This document shows, one piece after another, positions 9,958 through 19,877 of a stretch of DNA of 64,000 nt (positions within the stretch are counted from its first letter, which is position 1; every line of letters begins with the position of its first letter). The notes under the pieces are model-generated. The model was not told the origin of the DNA. It did not search any database and saw only the letters and a list, made by a program, of their open reading frames with translations. Made by a program: the position numbers and the translations under genes. Source of the DNA: Bacteroidota bacterium (lineage in GTDB: Bacteria; Bacteroidota; Ignavibacteria; Palsa-1295); the NCBI GenBank assembly GCA_018266755.1, contig JAFDZW010000005.1, positions 711,233-775,232 of the forward strand. Reading direction: 5' to 3'.

Positions 9958-11079
9958 CTACCTCAACATCTCCTCCACAGCCCTATATACCTGTTCTACT
10001 TCAATCGCTCGCACACAGATAAAATGCTCCGCGGGATTAGCACGATAGCACGTCAGCGGTTTCGGTGAGTAGACAAAACATGGACGACATTCAATACCCG
10101 TCTGGACGATCGTGTACCGTGTCTTCCATGGATGAACATAGGTCTCGTTCGTCGGACCGAAGATCGCCACCGTTGGCAGCGCGAGTGCACCGGCGATATG
10201 CATCAGCGACGAATCGTTCGACACGAAGATATTCATCTTTTGCATCAGAGCGACCGACTCCATAATCGACGAGGTCTTCACTTCAACAATGTGATCCGAG
10301 GCATTGCGGAGGATAAGGTCGTTCGCTTCTCTGTCGTCAGGTCCGCCGAAGAGCAGCACAGTCGCGTTCATCTCGGTGCGGAGCCGTGTTGCAAGCGCAG
10401 CGAATTTTTCCGGGGCCCATCGACGATTAATATGATTCTTGAATCGTGCGGTCCCCGCATGGAAACCGACGAGGTGCGTCCCAGGGTGTATCTCGTGGTC
10501 GCGCAGCCACTCGTCAGCAAATTGTCTGTCCTTGTCGGACAGATATATTTCCAGAGGAGGTAGTGTTGCTTCGTCGAGCAGAGGATTCACCCCAAGTCTC
10601 GACAGTAATCGCACGTTCTCTTCGACGCAGTGATAACTATCGTCCTCGCGAATGGTGTCCGTATTGAGCCAATTAAGATTTTGCCAATCGCGCCGCAAGT
10701 ATCGAACACCGAGCCGCCGCTTCGCACCGATGATGAGGGCAAAGAGATTATACTCTCGTCGATTTTGCGGGTAGATGTTGATCGAGATGTCGAAAGCCAT
10801 CCCGCGCAAATGGGTCAGAAAGAGCAGACCTTCGAGTTTATTACCACCGATGAAATCGAAGTAGTGGACATGATCGACATTCGGATTACGCAGGAACAGG
10901 TCGCGTGTCGCACCAAACATCACCAAGACATGAATCTCAGCATCTGGTTTTGCTTCGCGTAGCAAGCGAAGCATCGGCGTCGAAAGCAGCGCATCCCCGA
11001 TCCCCGGAAGCGCGATGATGAGTATCTTCTCAGACGCTTGCTTCACGCTTCGGCTTTCTGCTGACGATGACCAGTCCAA
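9958..11079 (-). CDS. glycosyltransferase family 9 (ADP-heptose:LPS heptosyltransferase-like)
   Basis: KILIIALPGIGDALLSTPMLRLLREAKPDAEIHVLV...GFHAGTARFKNHINRRWAPEKFAAL...SNDSSLMHIAGALALPTVAIFGPT: the GT9 pattern. The track start overlaps the 3' end of the next gene by 50 nt, so the true start is probably slightly downstream. Confidence 0.8.
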   Translation of the reverse strand: MDWSSSAESRSVKQASEKILIIALPGIGDALLSTPMLRLLREAKPDAEIHVLVMFGATRDLFLRNPNVDHVHYFDFIGGNKLEGLLFLTHLRGMAFDISINIYPQNRREYNLFALIIGAKRRLGVRYLRRDWQNLNWLNTDTIREDDSYHCVEENVRLLSRLGVNPLLDEATLPPLEIYLSDKDRQFADEWLRDHEIHPGTHLVGFHAGTARFKNHINRRWAPEKFAALATRLRTEMNATVLLFGGPDDREANDLILRNASDHIVEVKTSSIMESVALMQKMNIFVSNDSSLMHIAGALALPTVAIFGPTNETYVHPWKTRYTIVQTGIECRPCFVYSPKPLTCYRANPAEHFICVRAIEVEQVYRAVEEMLR

Positions 11080-13312
11080 GCACCGATGCGCCGAGCGTGA
11101 CGAGCGTGATCATCGAGCCTGTCGCAAATGCGCTCGACTCGTATCGCAACTCGACCGTATGATCCCCCGCCGGCACTTCCACTGCACGCAGCGCAGTGAA
11201 CGCACGGTAGAGTTTCGTCTCTTTGCCGTCGATATAGGCATGCCACGCCGGATAATAGATTTCCGAGAAGAAGAGCATTCCATTCTGTGACGTATGCACC
11301 TTGGCGTCAATCTTGTCGGTCTCGTAGGTCGTGATCTCGGCCGTTGCTGTGCTGTCTGTCGCATTCATCGCAAGTGCGGGCTGCTCTTCCAAGAGCATCG
11401 AGTTACGATAATCGAACGATGCATCCGTCTTCAGAAAATTTACGGCATCGGCATCCGGCTTGACGACCGTCTTATAATACATCTTTACGCGCGGCAGATA
11501 TGTCGGACGCTGGCCGAAGCCGACCTTGCCGCCATCGGTCATGACGCTCCACTTGATATTCAATAGATCTGCCGTCACTTCCGGTGTTACGCATGCCGGT
11601 GCATTTCGTTGCAGCACGAGCGGATTGTATCCCTCGAGTAGCTGGATATGATCGTACGCGCCCTGATTGCGTTTGAGCAGGATTGCATTTGCCGCCCGGA
11701 TCCGTGCGCGCGACGGCTCTTTTGCTTCATCCTGCTTGAGCATATCGACAAGCTGTACCTGCTGACGATAGGCCTCGCGCGGATCGTCGGTCGTTGCGTT
11801 GAGACCGGCACCATAGGTATAGAGCTCGATCATCGTCACAGCGATTGCGCACCCTGCCAACAACACCCCTGTGAACTTCTTGCTTGTTGCAAGCAGCACG
11901 ATGGCAATGGCGGCAAGCACCGGAAATGCGGCAAGTCCTGCAGCCCATGAGATCGATTGATTCGCCTCGGCAGGTGCGTTCGGGAGGAAAGACGATGCCG
12001 AGAACACTCCCGTGATCGCGCCGATCCAGATTAACCCGACGAGTGCAAGAATGCCAAGCGACACCTGTTTCAAGCGCGCGGTGATTTCTTGTCGCAACAG
12101 CATTGACAACCCTACTCCCCCAAGCGCACTCATCGCAAAGCCGAAGACCATCATCATACGAGCCGGAGTACGAAGTTTGTCAAAGAGTGGCAACGAGAAG
12201 AATATCTTATAGATAATGAAGTGGTCGCCGAGCGAAAAGAGCAGCGCGAATAATGACATCCCGGCAAAGAATGGGACATACTTCTTCTTCCAACCGCTCA
12301 ATCCTGCCATCACCGCAAGTACAAGCGGGAGCACACCGATATAGCACATCGTCTCCCACGAGAGGAAATACGGGCCATTCCAATACGGCACCTTCGCCTG
12401 TTGCAGTGCATCGGTTACACCAAAGAGCCGAGGCATCACCAGCGTCAGCACATGCCCGAACGTCAGCGAGCCGACAACCGATTGATCGAACGTGATCGTC
12501 TCGCGACGCGAGAGACCGGCCAGTTCTTGTGCAGGGAGTAATTGGATGGCAAAAATACCCACGGCAATCACAACCGGCACAAGCATTCGCACGACCGTCA
12601 GCGCAGAGAAGGTCTCATTCTCGCGATGTCGCAACCGGTAGACGATCTCATATACACCGAGCAGTGCAAGGAAGAAGGTCAGAAAGAGTGTTGTCTGCGG
12701 GTGACCGGCGAGATACATCACGCCAAGCGCGAGCCCCGCACTAATGGAATACTTCCACGAGTCCGTTCCTTTTGTAAAGAGCATCACTACCCACGGGAAG
12801 AGCGCGAGCTGATATATGATCATCTGATGCATCGGTTGCGCAGTCATATAACCGCCGAAGGCATAGGCAATTGCCGCGAAGAGGGCCGACCATTCGTCGA
12901 TGCGGAAGAGGCTTCGTGCGCAGAGGTACATTCCAACTGCTGCGATGAGATAATGCATCACGATGAACCACTGCATCACAACCGGTGAGAGATACCCACC
13001 CGAGACGAATAATGACTGCAGCATATTCAGCGGATACCAGAAGGCGATCTGAATATCGGCCGTGAACGGCATGCCGCAAAAGACATAGGGATTCCAACCC
13101 GGGATATGGCCCGCCGCAAGAGACGATGTCGCCAGCGTACGGAACGGGAATTCCTGCTCGACGAAATCCTCCCACAAGAACTTGCCGCCAAAGAGCAGCG
13201 GGTAGTAGAAGATAATGACGAGTACTGCAAGAACACCGACAACGATCGGGATCGTCAGCCGAGGCAGCGTTGTCGCCCCTTTCGGCGCCACGGATTCGGG
13301 TTGTTTAGCCAT
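11030..13312 (-). CDS. YfhO-family polytopic membrane glycosyltransferase (GT-C fold)
   Basis: 760 aa with many TM segments. The N-terminal YPLLFGGKFLWEDFVEQEFPF...GWNPYVFCGMPFTADIQIAFWYPLN is the YfhO signature. It is co-directional with a GtrB-like GT2. Confidence 0.8.
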   Translation of the reverse strand: MAKQPESVAPKGATTLPRLTIPIVVGVLAVLVIIFYYPLLFGGKFLWEDFVEQEFPFRTLATSSLAAGHIPGWNPYVFCGMPFTADIQIAFWYPLNMLQSLFVSGGYLSPVVMQWFIVMHYLIAAVGMYLCARSLFRIDEWSALFAAIAYAFGGYMTAQPMHQMIIYQLALFPWVVMLFTKGTDSWKYSISAGLALGVMYLAGHPQTTLFLTFFLALLGVYEIVYRLRHRENETFSALTVVRMLVPVVIAVGIFAIQLLPAQELAGLSRRETITFDQSVVGSLTFGHVLTLVMPRLFGVTDALQQAKVPYWNGPYFLSWETMCYIGVLPLVLAVMAGLSGWKKKYVPFFAGMSLFALLFSLGDHFIIYKIFFSLPLFDKLRTPARMMMVFGFAMSALGGVGLSMLLRQEITARLKQVSLGILALVGLIWIGAITGVFSASSFLPNAPAEANQSISWAAGLAAFPVLAAIAIVLLATSKKFTGVLLAGCAIAVTMIELYTYGAGLNATTDDPREAYRQQVQLVDMLKQDEAKEPSRARIRAANAILLKRNQGAYDHIQLLEGYNPLVLQRNAPACVTPEVTADLLNIKWSVMTDGGKVGFGQRPTYLPRVKMYYKTVVKPDADAVNFLKTDASFDYRNSMLLEEQPALAMNATDSTATAEITTYETDKIDAKVHTSQNGMLFFSEIYYPAWHAYIDGKETKLYRAFTALRAVEVPAGDHTVELRYESSAFATGSMITLVTLGASVLGLVIVSRKPKREASV

Positions 13313-13480
13313 AGCTACAAATTTACGACACTCCCAGCCATGAGGACTGAGTCTGTGCTTGCGTTAAGATAGCCTGCACATTATGATCACAAATGATTAG
13401 GTGGGGAGTATGACAAACTGCTTACAGGAAGTCTGGCAATACACGAAGGAAGAGTCCGTAGCACTGCTACTGGTGAGGTG

Positions 13481-14230
13481 TTACTTATGCAAGCGCCTGA
13501 TCCTCAGGATCTCAAAGAACATCTTGCTCGAATCGCTCAGGGCGCCGACGGTCGAGCGTTCGTCGTTGTACCATTCGACCGCAACTTCTTTGACCCTGTA
13601 ACCGTGCTTTTTCGCCAGATAGAGGATATCGACATCGAACGAGAACCCCATAACCTTCTGCTCGCGAAAGAGCTTCTTCGCCGCATCGGCCGTAAACCCT
13701 TTGAAACCGCACTGCGTATCTTTGATGCCGCTGAAGACAAAGAGCTGCACCAGCAAATTGAAGAAGCGGCCCATCATCTCCCGATACCACGGTTGATGAA
13801 CCTTCACGAGTTTGCGGCCTTCGAGCGCGCGTGAGCCGATAACGACATCGCAATGCTCGTTCTCGATCGCAGTAATTACCTTCTCGACCTCATACACAGG
13901 CGTTGAGAGATCGGCGTCGGTGAAAATCCGAATCTGCCCTTCTGCCGCCAACATCCCCGCCTGCACTGCCGCACCTTTGCCCCGATTATGTCCCAACTCG
14001 ACGAGATGGAAATGAACATTCGGTACCGACGGCAGCGAAGCGAATTCACGATTGACAACCTCGACGGTCTCATCCGGCGATCCGTCGTCGCAGACGATCA
14101 CTTCGCAATCGTACGCTTGTGCGGAAAGATACTCGTGCACCTTTGCAAGCGTCGGACCGATTCGCGTCGCTTCTCGAAATGCAGGAATTATGAGGGAAAG
14201 ATACAACGTCAGTCGGACGAAATATTCCAT
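13481..14230 (-). CDS. GT2 polyprenyl-phosphate sugar transferase (GtrB/CsbB/DPM1-like)
   Basis: LSLIIPAFREATRIG...VIVCDDGSPDETVEVV...HNRGKGAAVQAGMLAAEG...IFTDADLSTPV: the DxD/GT-A motifs of undecaprenyl-phosphate glycosyltransferases. Confidence 0.85.
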   Translation of the reverse strand: MEYFVRLTLYLSLIIPAFREATRIGPTLAKVHEYLSAQAYDCEVIVCDDGSPDETVEVVNREFASLPSVPNVHFHLVELGHNRGKGAAVQAGMLAAEGQIRIFTDADLSTPVYEVEKVITAIENEHCDVVIGSRALEGRKLVKVHQPWYREMMGRFFNLLVQLFVFSGIKDTQCGFKGFTADAAKKLFREQKVMGFSFDVDILYLAKKHGYRVKEVAVEWYNDERSTVGALSDSSKMFFEILRIRRLHK

Positions 14231-14314
14231 ATTCAGAGGGCGACCGGACGGTCGCCCTCCATGTGCTTCTCAACTATATATTGAGCAACTGTCGGTCGCC
14301 CCTGGGCTCATACG

Positions 14315-17281
14315 TTACTTCGTCTGAGCCGGCGCAGCCTGTGCAATCGTATCGCCGAGCTGGCGGTGCATCGAATCGACGTGCTCCTTGATCCGGATAA
14401 ACTCCGCCTCGTACTGGCTTCGTGGCAAGCTCGGGCCAAACTGTGCGAAGAGCTTATCCCAAAGTGCAAGCGCACCTCGCTTGTCGCCTTTACGTTCGGC
14501 GATCATCGCCGAAAGCTGCAACCAACGAAGTTCGATATTGCCACGCCATTGCTGATCCTGCGAGTTCGAGCGCAAGCGGTTGTATATATCGAATGCCTTG
14601 TCGATCTGCCCCGCTTCGATGAGTGCATCCGCGTACTGCGACTGGACCGCTGTTTCACGCGAACCGAGTGTCGTCGACTTCAGCGTCTCGTTATATTCCT
14701 CTTCGAGCGACGCAAGTGCAATATGCGAGTACTTGGCAGACATCGTCTTGTCGCCAACCGCGGAATAGATCTGCGACATGCGGCCCGCAAGGTTTGCGAT
14801 ACTATAGGTCACGCGCGTCGGCGGAACGGTCGCATCGAGTGCATCGAGCGCCTTCTTCGCATCCTGCGGACGGCCCTTGGCCATGTAATACTCAGCTAAT
14901 TGTTCGTAGGCACTCTGCGTCGTATAGAACGGTGCATCGTTCGTACGGTCGTCGTTGCTCCAGCGAGCGGCCGGATCGGTGAATGTATTGACGAGGAATC
15001 CGCGATGGAATTCCTTGACCGGTTCCTTAACCATCTTGAAGCATTCTTCCGCTTGTGCCTGCTCATTGATACGCAGACCGTACGGCAACATCGCAGCGGC
15101 CGGCGATACTCGACGGCACATTCCTTCGAGCATCAACTGTCCGTCGAGACCTGTCTGATACTCCGGATCGACACCGAAGGCAAAATAGATCGGACGAGTG
15201 TTGATGTTCCCCTCGACGACGGAGCGAACGATCTGGTCGGCCACCGTATAAATGTACTGGCCCTCACGCGGGAATTGGCCGCGATACTTCCAGGTCATCG
15301 TGGTCGCCTGCGCATTCGGATCGCCGGTGAAATGCTTCATCGCGTCGGCGTTGACAGCCACCGAGACCGGCGCAGCGTTGTTCACCTCAAGGTGGACACC
15401 CTGCTGGCTGTCATCCGGCTGGTTGAGAAGTGCATCGGTGAAGCCCGGCAGTGTAACCGCTTTGCCGGCACCGTTCCAGACGTCCTTGCGGAGCTGTTTA
15501 ATATACCAGCTCATGTTCGCAAGGGAAAGATTGATGATGCGCACGTCGCGACGAATGCCATAGACATCCTGCGCGCACCAGAGCGGGAATGTGTCGTTAT
15601 CGCCCGCCGTGAATAAGATCGCATTCGGTTCACACGATTGCAACGTATTGTACGCGAACTCGAACGGGATATTGCAATGCGCACGAGAGTATTCATGCCA
15701 CTTCGATGCCTGCGCGAATGATTGTCCCTGCGCCATCCCAGCAAGTCCTGCCGCCTGATTGAGCGGTACGGCGATCACGAGTGCTGCAAGCGCACCGCCG
15801 AGGAGCCCCACATTGCCTTCGCCGGTCGGTACTTCGAACGGCAGTTTCTTTTCCGGATCGGCAGGTTGCTCCCCTTTCTTTTTGCGGAGCAATTCCATTA
15901 CGCCGACGGCGCCGATACCGACCCACATCGCGTAGAGGTAAAATGCTCCGACATAGAAGTAGTCGCGCTCACGAGGCTGCGGATCCTGCTGATTCTGATA
16001 CAATGCTGTCATCCATCCGAAGAGGATGAATGCACCGAGCAGCGTAAGCGCTCGGTTCGGATCTCGTCGAAAATGCCAGTACAATCCGAAGAGTCCAAGG
16101 AAAAACGGTATGCCGAGCGTCTTTGTCCAATCGACCCCCGTATCCTGCTTTTGGCTCGGGCGTCCGATGAAATTCCAACCGAGGTAACGGTTGAACATGT
16201 GCTGGATCTGGTAGCGCCACATGAAGTCCCAGTTGCCACTGTAGTTCTTGAACGTCGGGGTTTCTTCGCCGCGCTCCGGATCGACTGCCTGACGCGGCCA
16301 CGGCGGACGGTACCCGTACTGGTCGCGGTTGATGAACTTGGTGATGGTCGCGAAGTTATCGGCATGCCACTGGTTCATCGGCGGCTCCTGCGCGGCACGG
16401 ACAATAATCATATAATATGTCGAGTACCCAAGAAAGATCAACAGCGCAGACCACAAACTCAGGTTAAGCGTTGCCTTACGTTTCGTCTGGCTCCAGTAGA
16501 TACCGTAAATCGTACCGCCGAGCAATGCGATCGCAAAGATGCGCGCCAACCCACCGGCGCCAAGCCATTCGACGATCTTTGAAAGAACGACCTCGAACGC
16601 GATCAGGAATGCGACGCAGCTTGCAAGCACCATGCCGAGCCATGAACCGATCGTTACCTTATCGTTACGACGACGATAATAGATGAGCATGAATGCCGGG
16701 AAGATCGTCAGCAGCGCCAACTGATGCACGCCGAGCGAGAGTCCGATGACATAAGCAGCCAGCAACAGATACTTCTCGTTATGCTCTTCTTCTGCATGGT
16801 CGAGCCAGACGACCATGATATATGGAACGAGAGCAATAAAGAGCGAACCGAACGCATATACTTCGCACTCGAGGGCGTTGAACCAGAAGCTATCGGTGAA
16901 CGTATAGCTCAATGCAGCGATGAGCGCTCCGCCGAAGGTGGTGAGTGCATCTGCCATCGTCTTCGGTTCGCCGCGCCAGATCTTGATCAGGCGTGCGGTT
17001 GTCAGGTACAGGAGCCAGATCGTCAGAGCTGAACTCAGGACCGAGAAGAAATTGTAGCGCGCGACGAGATCGCTAAATGTCGGGAGCATGATCGCGATTC
17101 GTCCGACGATCGTCCAGAGTGGAGATCCAGGCGGATGAGGAACCTGTAGTGCCGCTGCTGCCGAAGCGAATTCGCCGCAATCCCAAAACGGGGTCGACGG
17201 CTGCATCGTGTACCAGTATGTAAACAGGGCCACGAAGAAGCTCAGACCGGCAAAAAGATAATGAATTCTTTTGAATTGCAT
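14315..17281 (-). CDS. DUF2723 / TMEM260-like large membrane protein (putative GT-C glycosyltransferase) with C-terminal TPR-like region
   Basis: 988 aa. N-terminal FWDCGEFASAAAALQVPHPPGSPLW...FFSVLSSALTIW... is the hallmark of DUF2723. The C-terminal third is helical-repeat-like. Confidence 0.75.
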   Translation of the reverse strand: MQFKRIHYLFAGLSFFVALFTYWYTMQPSTPFWDCGEFASAAAALQVPHPPGSPLWTIVGRIAIMLPTFSDLVARYNFFSVLSSALTIWLLYLTTARLIKIWRGEPKTMADALTTFGGALIAALSYTFTDSFWFNALECEVYAFGSLFIALVPYIMVVWLDHAEEEHNEKYLLLAAYVIGLSLGVHQLALLTIFPAFMLIYYRRRNDKVTIGSWLGMVLASCVAFLIAFEVVLSKIVEWLGAGGLARIFAIALLGGTIYGIYWSQTKRKATLNLSLWSALLIFLGYSTYYMIIVRAAQEPPMNQWHADNFATITKFINRDQYGYRPPWPRQAVDPERGEETPTFKNYSGNWDFMWRYQIQHMFNRYLGWNFIGRPSQKQDTGVDWTKTLGIPFFLGLFGLYWHFRRDPNRALTLLGAFILFGWMTALYQNQQDPQPRERDYFYVGAFYLYAMWVGIGAVGVMELLRKKKGEQPADPEKKLPFEVPTGEGNVGLLGGALAALVIAVPLNQAAGLAGMAQGQSFAQASKWHEYSRAHCNIPFEFAYNTLQSCEPNAILFTAGDNDTFPLWCAQDVYGIRRDVRIINLSLANMSWYIKQLRKDVWNGAGKAVTLPGFTDALLNQPDDSQQGVHLEVNNAAPVSVAVNADAMKHFTGDPNAQATTMTWKYRGQFPREGQYIYTVADQIVRSVVEGNINTRPIYFAFGVDPEYQTGLDGQLMLEGMCRRVSPAAAMLPYGLRINEQAQAEECFKMVKEPVKEFHRGFLVNTFTDPAARWSNDDRTNDAPFYTTQSAYEQLAEYYMAKGRPQDAKKALDALDATVPPTRVTYSIANLAGRMSQIYSAVGDKTMSAKYSHIALASLEEEYNETLKSTTLGSRETAVQSQYADALIEAGQIDKAFDIYNRLRSNSQDQQWRGNIELRWLQLSAMIAERKGDKRGALALWDKLFAQFGPSLPRSQYEAEFIRIKEHVDSMHRQLGDTIAQAAPAQTK

Positions 17282-17292
17282 TCCTGTACGTA

Positions 17293-17303
17293 TTGTTTAA
17301 CAA
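17293..17303. promoter_or_regulatory. palindrome TTGTT-T-AACAA in the marR upstream region (candidate MarR operator)
   Basis: Lies in the AT-rich 157-nt intergenic region, about 135 nt upstream of marR. Small inverted repeats are typical of MarR autoregulation. Confidence 0.25.
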
Positions 17304-17438
17304 TGAGTAAAGTAAACCACAAAAGATTGTTGTCGGCTCCCTCGAATATGCGATTAATGGCCAAAAATGCGGGACCGATGGATGAATTATAAATAATCTG
17401 TAACAACATTTAATGTAGATACGTATATTTGTCCGAAG

Positions 17439-17888
17439 ATGAAGATCGAGCAAGAGATCAAGCAATCGAAGTTCAGGAACGAATACCACAAGTTGGCAAT
17501 CAATCTCGCATATACTGCGAACTGGCTGAGCCGAATCACGGCTCAAACGCTGAAGCCCTACAAGCTGACGCCGCAACAGTTCAATGTGTTGCGCATCTTG
17601 CGAGGCCAACAACCCAACCCTGCTTCGATCAATCTGATCACCGAACGCATGATCGATAAGATGTCGAATGCTTCACGGTTGGTCGATAAGCTGCTGGAGA
17701 AAGCGCTTGTCGAGAGGACCGTATGCCCGACCGATCGCAGACAAGTTGACGTCCGGATCACGGACAAAGGCATTGCACTGCTTGCCGAACTCGACCCGAA
17801 GCTCGACGAGCTGAACACACTGCTCGGCCGCATTTCGGTAGATGAAGCTGCGAAGCTCAACGAGCTGCTCGATCGCATCAGAGACTGA
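17439..17888 (+). CDS. MarR-family transcriptional regulator
   Basis: 149 aa: LTPQQFNVLRILRGQQPNPASINLITERMIDKMSNASRLVDKLLEKALVER...DRRQVDVRITDKG, a winged HTH of MarR type. Confidence 0.85.
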   Translation: MKIEQEIKQSKFRNEYHKLAINLAYTANWLSRITAQTLKPYKLTPQQFNVLRILRGQQPNPASINLITERMIDKMSNASRLVDKLLEKALVERTVCPTDRRQVDVRITDKGIALLAELDPKLDELNTLLGRISVDEAAKLNELLDRIRD

Positions 17889-17966
17889 TGCATTTTTTAT
17901 GGCTATACCTGTGTCGATACAACTATTGTAACGGCACTGACACGTTTACTTAAACATCTGATACTT

Positions 17967-18347
17967 ATGAAAATCCTTACAAGCACTGTTGCACGCGTTT
18001 TATTCGCGATCCCCTTTCTCGTTTTTGGTATCAATCACTTCATCAAAGCGGATATGCTTGCCGGCATGGTCCCCTCGTTCGCCCCGGGCGGCATACTCTG
18101 GGTATATCTGACCGGCATCATACTCGTACTCGGAGCACTAACCTTTATCAGCGGAAAATTCGCCAACTACGGGGGGTATGCGATTGCAGGATTTCTTATT
18201 ATCACTGTACTAACGGTGCAAATTCCCGGCCTAAGCAATCCGCAGACGGCAATGATGGCGTTTACTGGTATGTTGAAGGATACCGGACTTGCCGGCGGCG
18301 CACTCCTGCTTGCGGGATTAGCAAGTACAAAGCAACAGACTGCATAA
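17967..18347 (+). CDS. DoxX-family membrane protein
   Basis: 126 aa with four predicted TM helices and the DoxX pattern (RVLFAIPFLVFGINHF...). Confidence 0.8.
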   Translation: MKILTSTVARVLFAIPFLVFGINHFIKADMLAGMVPSFAPGGILWVYLTGIILVLGALTFISGKFANYGGYAIAGFLIITVLTVQIPGLSNPQTAMMAFTGMLKDTGLAGGALLLAGLASTKQQTA

Positions 18348-18518
18348 GATAGTTGTTGGTTCGAAGTGAATGATGATGATGATGAGTGGGGCGGCGCATT
18401 CGTGTGCCGCCCCCTTTGTATGCATACCAAAGTAATCCCTCGAAGATTACCCTCTCCCGTCTGGAACCTCACGCCGCGTCAGCCGTTTGATTCTTCTCAT
18501 TCATTCATTACGCCGATC

Positions 18519-19874
18519 ATGCGGAAACGCTCATCGTTATTCATTCTCGGATCGCTACTGGTCGTCCTCGCCTCGTGCCAGCAATCAACGACTGTCGGAC
18601 CGACCGTCGATATTTCGAAATCAAGCTGGCTCGCACTTCAGACGAAAGTCATTACGCCGAAATGTGTCAGTTGCCATAGCGCAGGTACAGATTATGCAAC
18701 ACAATCGGGCCTCGTCCTAACCTCCGATGTCGCATACAAGAATCTTATAAATGCTGCAGCACATTATGACAACGCACACGCCGATGGGCTCAAGAGGGTT
18801 GCACCGGGCCATGCTGATTCGAGCTTCATTTATCTGAAACTTCACGGCTTCCCGGCTGGCAAAGAGTATGGCAGCCCAATGCCACTTGGCGATAAACAGC
18901 TATCGATCGGACAGATGGAATTCGTTCGCCAGTGGATCGATGCGGGTGCTCCGGATACGGGCGTGGTCGCAGATGTGACATTGCTCGACGACACGACACA
19001 TCTTGCGGGTACCGACTTTGTCCCCCTCCCTCCGCCACTTGCAGGACAAGGATATCAGCTCCACCTGCAGCCATTCACGGTATCAAATACATATGAGCGC
19101 GAGCTCTTCAGCTACAAGCCCATCGGCAATACGGGCGATATTTTCGTTAACCGCATTCAAACTCGCATGCGGCCGAACAGCCATCACTTTTTGCTCTATA
19201 CGTTTCAGTCGGGCACCCCGGCGAGTATCATTCCGAAGGATTCCTCGCTGCGAGACATTCGCAGACCCGACGGATCGGAGATCACACAGAATACAAGTGT
19301 GATGGCATACCACCAATTCTTCGCTGGGTCAACGAGTCCCGAACTCGACTACCGACTCCCAGAGGGTGTCGCACTCTATGTACCCGCCAACACGTCACTC
19401 GATCTCAATGCGCATTACGTCAACCATACCGGCGGTGATGTAACCGGCGAGTGTTTTGCAAACCTCTACACTGTACCCGCAAGTCAGGTCACACATCCGG
19501 CGACGACGCTCTTTCTGCCGAACACATCGTTCTCGTTGCCACCGCATCAGCAGACCGTCGTGCGCCAAACTACGCTCAATACGTATGGAACGACGCTCCA
19601 TATCTTTATGCTCACGAGCCACATGCACAAGCGTGGACAGGATTTCAAGATCTACTTCCAAGGCAAAGCCGGTGATTCGCGCACCGGTCAATTGCTCTAC
19701 GAATCAACCGACTGGGAACATCCGCCTATCAAGACATTCGACACACCGATCGTTCTCAACCCCGGCGAGGGCATTTCGACGGAAGTCACCTACTATAACG
19801 AAACGAACAAAACCATCAGCTTCGGCCTCACGAGCGAGGACGAGATGGATATCGTATTCGGTTACCTGTATTAA
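18519..19874 (+). CDS. lipoprotein with N-terminal CxxCH haem-binding (planctomycete-cytochrome-c-like) domain and C-terminal PHM/DBH-like copper monooxygenase-like region
   Basis: Start set at MRKRSSLFILGSLLVVLASC (lipobox). PKCVSCHS...VAPGHADSSFIYLKL...SPMPLG..L...WIDAGAP fits the PSCyt1-type domain. Downstream lie the HH (NSHHFLLY), HMH (TSHMHKRGQDF) and DEMDIVFGYLY motifs reminiscent of the CuH/CuM sites of peptidylglycine monooxygenase. Confidence 0.6.
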   Translation: MRKRSSLFILGSLLVVLASCQQSTTVGPTVDISKSSWLALQTKVITPKCVSCHSAGTDYATQSGLVLTSDVAYKNLINAAAHYDNAHADGLKRVAPGHADSSFIYLKLHGFPAGKEYGSPMPLGDKQLSIGQMEFVRQWIDAGAPDTGVVADVTLLDDTTHLAGTDFVPLPPPLAGQGYQLHLQPFTVSNTYERELFSYKPIGNTGDIFVNRIQTRMRPNSHHFLLYTFQSGTPASIIPKDSSLRDIRRPDGSEITQNTSVMAYHQFFAGSTSPELDYRLPEGVALYVPANTSLDLNAHYVNHTGGDVTGECFANLYTVPASQVTHPATTLFLPNTSFSLPPHQQTVVRQTTLNTYGTTLHIFMLTSHMHKRGQDFKIYFQGKAGDSRTGQLLYESTDWEHPPIKTFDTPIVLNPGEGISTEVTYYNETNKTISFGLTSEDEMDIVFGYLY

Positions 19875-19877
19875 TCC

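Noticed and set aside
14366-16582. Several 70-290-aa plus-strand ORFs inside the DUF2723 gene
   Set aside because: All are antisense to a 988-aa ORF with clear family signature. They show Arg-rich antisense composition.
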